Source: Candidatus Doudnabacteria bacterium
GTDB lineage: Bacteria; Patescibacteriota; Doudnabacteria; UBA920; O2-02-FULL-48-8
NCBI GenBank assembly: GCA_037200925.1
Contig: JBBCGO010000001.1
Coordinates: 447,698-511,697, forward strand
DNA length: 64,000 bases
Direction: 5' to 3'
The position numbers and the translations under genes were made by a program. Every line of letters begins with the position of its first letter. Position 1 is the first letter of the stretch. Below the pieces are notes generated by a model. The model was not told the origin of the DNA. It searched no databases and worked only from the letters and a program-made list of their open reading frames with translations. Of the stretch, positions 59,407 through 64,000 are shown one piece after another.

Positions 59407-60662
59407 AGATCACCTCCGGCGTGCACAAAGGGCACACAAACACCCGGTTTATCGTCAACGAAAGGCTCCTTGAACGTAAACGGCTCATTAGGGAACGTTT
59501 CGTTGAATTTAGCTAAATCACAGTCAAGATCAACCTTGTGGTTGGTGAGATTCGGATAGTTGCCTTTCTGGGGCACGATCCGAATTACTCCCTTTCCGTT
59601 CCAAGGCAAGTATTCAGGCAAAATCTCAACCGAGTTGGCGTTTGCGTTCAGGTAGTGCTTAAAGAACATCTCGAACCTCGAGACAAATTCTTGTACGCGC
59701 CCCTTCAACTCCCGAAGCTCTTCCAGCCGTATATCTGCTAAGCCCGCTTGAAGCGCATTGTCTGCTCTTGCTTTCTTGATGTACAAGTGCCAGGCAATAC
59801 CCAGGACGATAACCCCGACTATTGCTGCTGCGGCTATTATGTAGATGAGTGCTGTTGGCGGAGAAGAATTCGATGATGATGAAGCCGCCTGATCTGCTGC
59901 GACTGCTGCTGGCTGATCTGCTGCGACTGCTGCTGGCTGATCTGCTGCGGCTGTGGCTGCTGATGGAGGTTTATCTGGAGGCTTATCTGCTGCTGACGCT
60001 GGTGTTACACGCGGAGCAGCGACTGCTGGTGGCGGAACCGGCACCTCCGCAGGTGCGGGTGCAGCAGGAGCCTTGGTCGGTTGCGGCGTTTCAACTTTCG
60101 CCACGACTGGCACCTGAACTGGAACCTGGGCAGAAACCGTAGAAGCAGCCAACATTCCCGGCAACGCGTAAACGTCGTCGGTCAAAGTCTTGGACAAGCG
60201 CGACGCGATGTCACGCTTGGACATCTTTGACGTGATGTTGCCGTTGAGCAAAGCCAACTTTTGCGCGCAGCGAAGATCCGAAGATCCTTTGCACACTTGC
60301 GCGAAAGTCTTGCCTGCGGAACCTTTTACCGGTTCCGTCTTTGCCAAGTCGGTCTTGATGCGCACTTCCCAACCGGGATATACCACACCAAGCTCTTCCT
60401 TCGGCCTAACCCTGCCCGTGTCCTTTCCGTTCACAATAATAGCAACAACAATTCCGTCTTTCAGGTAATTGTTGCTGCCGGTGAGCTTCAGCACGATCTT
60501 GCTGACATTCTCACCCTTTTTGATCACGTGCGTGACGTAATCAGCGGCCGAGCACAAGCTCGGGAACAACAGACAAACTACCGCGAAAAACAAACGAAAC
60601 TTAGTCACCATTCCAACATCCTCCGTAGATCTGAGAAGAACTGCGATTTTATAATATACCAA
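59403..60662 (-). CDS. LysM-domain membrane protein with an Ala/Pro-rich tandem repeat
   Basis: LysM-like DYVTHVIKKGENVSKIV...VYPGWEVRI. TM segment. 4-nt overlap with the upstream FtsZ-like gene. Confidence 0.6.
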   Translation of the reverse strand: MVYYKIAVLLRSTEDVGMVTKFRLFFAVVCLLFPSLCSAADYVTHVIKKGENVSKIVLKLTGSNNYLKDGIVVAIIVNGKDTGRVRPKEELGVVYPGWEVRIKTDLAKTEPVKGSAGKTFAQVCKGSSDLRCAQKLALLNGNITSKMSKRDIASRLSKTLTDDVYALPGMLAASTVSAQVPVQVPVVAKVETPQPTKAPAAPAPAEVPVPPPAVAAPRVTPASAADKPPDKPPSAATAAADQPAAVAADQPAAVAADQAASSSSNSSPPTALIYIIAAAAIVGVIVLGIAWHLYIKKARADNALQAGLADIRLEELRELKGRVQEFVSRFEMFFKHYLNANANSVEILPEYLPWNGKGVIRIVPQKGNYPNLTNHKVDLDCDLAKFNETFPNEPFTFKEPFVDDKPGVCVPFVHAGGDL

Positions 60663-60711
60663 TATTTGCTGACTAAGTCAATAGTAAAAACCGACCACTG
60701 CCCTGGCCGAG

Positions 60712-60933
60712 TTATAATTCGATTTCAATCAGTTTATGAGCGCTTTTATATCCTGAACGGATGCGGATTTTAGATGGCGAAGTATTAAAGTGATCAGCCA
60801 AAAGATCGATCACGGCATTATTGGCCTGGTTATCAGCGGGCGGAACCGTGACCCAAACTTTATATTCTTCCAAGCCTAATTGTTCGATCCGCTCGCTTGA
60901 GGCTCTCGTTTGTACTTTAACGCGAATGACCAT
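60712..60933 (-). CDS. DUF167 (YggU/UPF0235) protein (start at MVIRVKV)
   Basis: VKVQTRASSERIEQL...VWVTVPPADNQANNAVIDLLA....IRSG. Confidence 0.6.
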   Translation of the reverse strand: MVIRVKVQTRASSERIEQLGLEEYKVWVTVPPADNQANNAVIDLLADHFNTSPSKIRIRSGYKSAHKLIEIEL

Positions 60934-61397
60934 ATCAATTCGTATGCTCCGAATAATACTCCGACATAAAACAGATCTCCTAACAATGTATTTCCAAAAA
61001 ACGGAATGGCATTCGTATAAGATGCGATCTGTCCGGCCCAGGTATGCGGATACATTTTCGTGGAATAGAACAGCACGCAATTGGTGATCAGATAAAATAA
61101 TGTTGAACCCAGCAAAGATCCGCCGACTACAGTAAAAACATTTTTGTGGTTGCGAATATATAGGCCGATCAAACCAATGAGGAGGAAACTGCCGTAAATC
61201 ACCAGCCGCGACTGCAGAGAATCAAATCCGATAAAAATATCAGAAATAAACATAGCCGCCAGCGGCAGGAGCAAAGCGTATCTTTTTTTCAGATAAACCC
61301 CGCCGAACAAAGCAGTCGCGCCGATCGGCGCAAAGTTGGCAGGGTGAGGAATCACGCGCAACAGTGCGCCGAAAAAGATAAAGAAATATGGTAGCAT
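60876..61397 (-). CDS. Polytopic membrane protein (possibly an ECF-type substrate-binding component)
   Basis: Five predicted TM segments. Adjacent to a DUF4430 gene. Confidence 0.45.
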   Translation of the reverse strand: MLPYFFIFFGALLRVIPHPANFAPIGATALFGGVYLKKRYALLLPLAAMFISDIFIGFDSLQSRLVIYGSFLLIGLIGLYIRNHKNVFTVVGGSLLGSTLFYLITNCVLFYSTKMYPHTWAGQIASYTNAIPFFGNTLLGDLFYVGVLFGAYELIWSFALKYKREPQASGSNN

Positions 61398-61874
61398 TTA
61401 TTTTGTGGTATCTACGACCGCGTCAATTTCCCATTTAATATTATCTGTAGATTTTGTGATGTAAGCGGATGCTCCCAGTTGCGAAAAACTCCCGTTCACG
61501 TACATGGCCCAGAAATGCTGTGCATCCGGCGTGATCCCGTCAATGCCCGTCACCAGATCCCCAAACGAATAATGCTTGGCGTCCACTTTATGATCGGCTT
61601 CCAAAAGCTCTAAGGCATTTTTTCCGTCTTGTCCCTGATATTCAACAACGCTGCTGGGTACTTGAACTTGTTGTTGTGTTTGACCGCCGGCCGCAGGATT
61701 AACCGAAGCTTGGCCCGTGGATGGAATATTGAGATCCTGGTTGGTCAGAGCAACATTGGGGTTATTTGTGGTTGGGGCCAAAACCGGCTGTTGCTTAAAA
61801 GCATAAATAATACCGATGAAGGCAATAACTGTGACAATAACGAATATTTCAAGTTTTCTTCCCAGATTATTCAT
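61398..61874 (-). CDS. DUF4430-like secreted protein
   Basis: N-terminal TM. C-terminal FGDLVTGIDGI......FWAMYVNG...LGASAY pattern. Confidence 0.5.
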   Translation of the reverse strand: MNNLGRKLEIFVIVTVIAFIGIIYAFKQQPVLAPTTNNPNVALTNQDLNIPSTGQASVNPAAGGQTQQQVQVPSSVVEYQGQDGKNALELLEADHKVDAKHYSFGDLVTGIDGITPDAQHFWAMYVNGSFSQLGASAYITKSTDNIKWEIDAVVDTTK

Positions 61875-61971
61875 TGTATAGGATTAATTTTGCATAACAA
61901 TTTTAGCAGATGACGCTCATTTTTGTAAATCATATATAGATTGTCATTCCCGCGAAAGCGGGAATCCAGTT

Positions 61972-62259
61972 CTAAAGCAAATTTTGATACAAATCTTGCC
62001 ATTTAGGGTTAAACTTTTCAATCAGTTCTAATTTCCACTTTCGGTTCCATTTCTTCAGTTGTTTTTCTCTTTTGATTGCACTTTCAACATCAGGAGTTTC
62101 TTCATAATAAACTAAAGTATTCACATCGTATTTTTTTGTAAAGCCTTTTACGGATTTTTGTTTATGTTGATAAACTCGTTTAATCAAATCTCTCGTAATT
62201 CCAATGTACAGAGTTCCGTTTCGCTTACTGTCTAAAATATAAACAAAATATGATTTCAT
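61972..62259 (-). CDS. GIY-YIG nuclease family protein (YhbQ-like)
   Basis: YFVYILDSKRNGTLYIGITRDL..R..QH. Confidence 0.8.
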   Translation of the reverse strand: MKSYFVYILDSKRNGTLYIGITRDLIKRVYQHKQKSVKGFTKKYDVNTLVYYEETPDVESAIKREKQLKKWNRKWKLELIEKFNPKWQDLYQNLL

Positions 62260-62301
62260 AGTTCTGGATCCCCGATTAGGTCGGGGATGACAGCTTCGCT
62301 G

Positions 62302-62829
62302 TCAGTAGTCAATGCCCCGCAGTGCGAGGATGCCTTGATAATATGGATGCTTTATCATCTTCATCTCAGTCACCAGATCAGCCATATCGATCAATTTTTT
62401 GAACTGTTTATGCCCGGTCAGGCAGAGGTGAGTTTCTGCAGGTTTGGATCTGATGATCTTGGCAACATCATCAACTGTCAGAAGTTTGGATTCAATTGCT
62501 GAGATGGCCTCATCCAAGATCACCAAGTCATATTTTTTTGATTTGAGGGCTTTAATCGATTCTTTCATGGCGTCTTTGGCCGCTTTAATATGTTCCTGGA
62601 TGGGCTTGCGATCTCCCAGGATGCCGACAAAGCCCCGGCCCATCAATTTCACGTCCACATTCTTAAGCTTGCTCAGAACTTCGCGCTCGCCCGAAGGCCA
62701 GTCGCCTTTCACGAACTGCAAATACAAAACCTTAAAGCCGGTGCCGGCTGCTCGGACCGCAAGTCCGGCAGCAGCAGAAGTTTTTCCTTTGCCGTTGCCG
62801 ATATAAATTATTGTAAGGCCTTTGGTCAT
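62302..62829 (-). CDS. cobO: Cob(I)alamin adenosyltransferase (CobO/BtuR type)
   Basis: IYIGNGKGKTSAAAGLAVRAAGTGFKVLYLQFVKG. Confidence 0.85.
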   Translation of the reverse strand: MTKGLTIIYIGNGKGKTSAAAGLAVRAAGTGFKVLYLQFVKGDWPSGEREVLSKLKNVDVKLMGRGFVGILGDRKPIQEHIKAAKDAMKESIKALKSKKYDLVILDEAISAIESKLLTVDDVAKIIRSKPAETHLCLTGHKQFKKLIDMADLVTEMKMIKHPYYQGILALRGIDY

Positions 62830-62872
62830 TGTTTCAAAAGACGGCGGATGTCCGCCGCCTTTTTTATAATCT

Positions 62873-63094
62873 TTATTCTTGTACCTTAGGTTCGTTTGAA
62901 GCTTCCAGTTTCTCTTTCAGCTTCGCGATGCTTCTATCGAGCGCAGCTATGTCGGCAGGGCTCATCCCGGGCTCTGTCTTGGCTTTTTCAAGCCCTGCGA
63001 TCCTATGCGGAAGATTGTCCCCAAATCCATTTTTGGGAACACCCTCTTCTCTCTTATAGCCTCTGGGAGCTTGTTTATGATTGTGTGAGTCCAT
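62873..63094 (-). CDS. Hypothetical small protein
   Basis: ORF only. Confidence 0.3.
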   Translation of the reverse strand: MDSHNHKQAPRGYKREEGVPKNGFGDNLPHRIAGLEKAKTEPGMSPADIAALDRSIAKLKEKLEASNEPKVQE

Positions 63095-63097
63095 AAA

Positions 63098-64000
63098 TTA
63101 GCATTTGCTGAATCCGCACATTTCGCATTTGGAACATCCTTCAGCCAAAACCATCATGTTCCCGCATTCAGGACATGCCGGAGCCAAGCCGCTGTTCGCA
63201 ATTGAAGTTTTTTGCGTCACAAATGTGCTGCCAACCTCATGCACTTGGCGCGTCACAGCCTGGAACACAGGTTCCCGGTCAACTTTCGGGATCTCAAGTT
63301 GCTTAAAATCCAGCTGCAGTTCTTTTTGTCCGCGCTTCAGATGATTTTCCAAAACATTCGCGATCGCATCAGGCAAAGAAAGTATCCGTTCGCCGTTATG
63401 GAACATGGGATCAGGGCCGCGAATGCCTTTCAATTGTTCTACCACGTTTTGCAAACTGATGCCGGAACGCAGGGCCAAAGAGATCATGCGGCAGATGGCC
63501 TCGGTCTGGGCGCCGAAGAAGCCTCCGGCCTTGCCAAGCTGGGAAAAAACCTCGAAAGGTCCGTATTCGTCTTCATTGACCGTGACATACAAATTACCGT
63601 ACGCGGTCGGGACTTTGTAGGTCGACCCTTCCATGACATCCGGCCTTTTTCGCGGAGAAATATTTCCCATTTGTGGTGAAGTCGGCATTTGTGGATGAGG
63701 TTCAGTTGCTGGCATGGGAGCAGGCATAGGTTCCGGCATTGGCTGCGGCGCGGGAGCCGGTTCAGGCTCATTCTGCATTTTTATACGCAGGTCCTCTATA
63801 GCTTTTTCGTTTTGCTGCGCAACCACCTGATCGCTGGCGTCTTTGCCAAGCTTGGTATGGTCAGTGGCCAATATCTGCTCGTCGCGTGAGCCGTCGCGGT
63901 AGATCGTGCCGCCTTTGCAGCCAAGGTCATACATCAGTTCATAAAGTTTTTTCGTCTGCTCTATCGTATATTCTTCCGGCGCGTTCACGGTTTTGGAGAT
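63098..64000 (-). CDS. nrdJ: C-terminal part of an adenosylcobalamin-dependent (class II) ribonucleotide reductase. The ORF is open to the window end.
   Basis: DLGCKGGTIYRDGSRDEQIL. C-terminal zinc ribbon CPECGNMMVLAEGCSKCEMCGFSKC. Confidence 0.65.
   Translation of the reverse strand: MSKTVNAPEEYTIEQTKKLYELMYDLGCKGGTIYRDGSRDEQILATDHTKLGKDASDQVVAQQNEKAIEDLRIKMQNEPEPAPAPQPMPEPMPAPMPATEPHPQMPTSPQMGNISPRKRPDVMEGSTYKVPTAYGNLYVTVNEDEYGPFEVFSQLGKAGGFFGAQTEAICRMISLALRSGISLQNVVEQLKGIRGPDPMFHNGERILSLPDAIANVLENHLKRGQKELQLDFKQLEIPKVDREPVFQAVTRQVHEVGSTFVTQKTSIANSGLAPACPECGNMMVLAEGCSKCEMCGFSKC

Overview
The window is 64 kb of a small-genome bacterium. The many ~100-aa GIY-YIG and DUF559 nuclease genes, a complete type IV pilus locus, short intergenic regions and the compact gene set suggest a CPR/Patescibacteria-like organism; that attribution is inference only.

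- **Island, 1 to ~13.5 kb.** This stretch is visibly AT-rich compared with the rest of the window and is coded almost entirely on the minus strand. It looks like an integrated mobile element sitting next to a duplicated tRNA-His. It carries a large serine recombinase (runs off the window start), a Fic protein, an ADP-ribosylglycohydrolase, a frameshifted DUF2779/Cas4-like nuclease, and a 1519-aa protein that fuses an SF1 helicase, a Vsr/DUF559-like nuclease domain and two topoisomerase-type zinc ribbons. It also carries an excisionase-type HTH, a Rep_trans-like rolling-circle initiator, an ImmA/IrrE protease, and its own intact tRNA-His.
- **14 to 19 kb.** Housekeeping genes plus a membrane fatty-acid desaturase, a KGG stress protein, holA, an RNHCP protein, and tRNA-Arg and tRNA-Lys.
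- **19 to 30 kb.** A type IV pilus locus: pilB, pilC, pilM, pilN, pilO, an 809-aa pilin with an ice-binding-like DUF3494 domain, a minor pilin disrupted by a perfect 41-bp tandem duplication, and a PilX-like protein.
- **30 to 42 kb.** Secreted and surface proteins, including a lamin-tail-domain protein and a ~1300-aa repetitive surface protein split by three frameshifts. Also a PaaX-like regulator flanked by palindromic operator-like repeats, HU, nusB (probable homopolymer frameshift), rpmF, and tRNA-Gly and tRNA-Pro.
- **43 to 47.5 kb.** A repeat-rich region of small hypothetical ORFs.
- **47.9 to 64 kb.** groES/groEL, mutM, ndk, a cyclophilin, comEC, hisS, a GC-rich patch encoding a divergent FtsZ/tubulin-like GTPase plus a LysM membrane protein, cobO, and the C-terminus of a class II ribonucleotide reductase.

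There are several recurring non-coding elements: a ~74-nt conserved structured leader, with compensatory base changes, immediately 5' of three tRNA genes; DUF559 genes bracketed by inverted repeats; palindromic repeat families around the three GIY-YIG genes; and a 34-nt element just upstream of the pilB and pilC start codons. No CRISPR array and no rRNA were seen.
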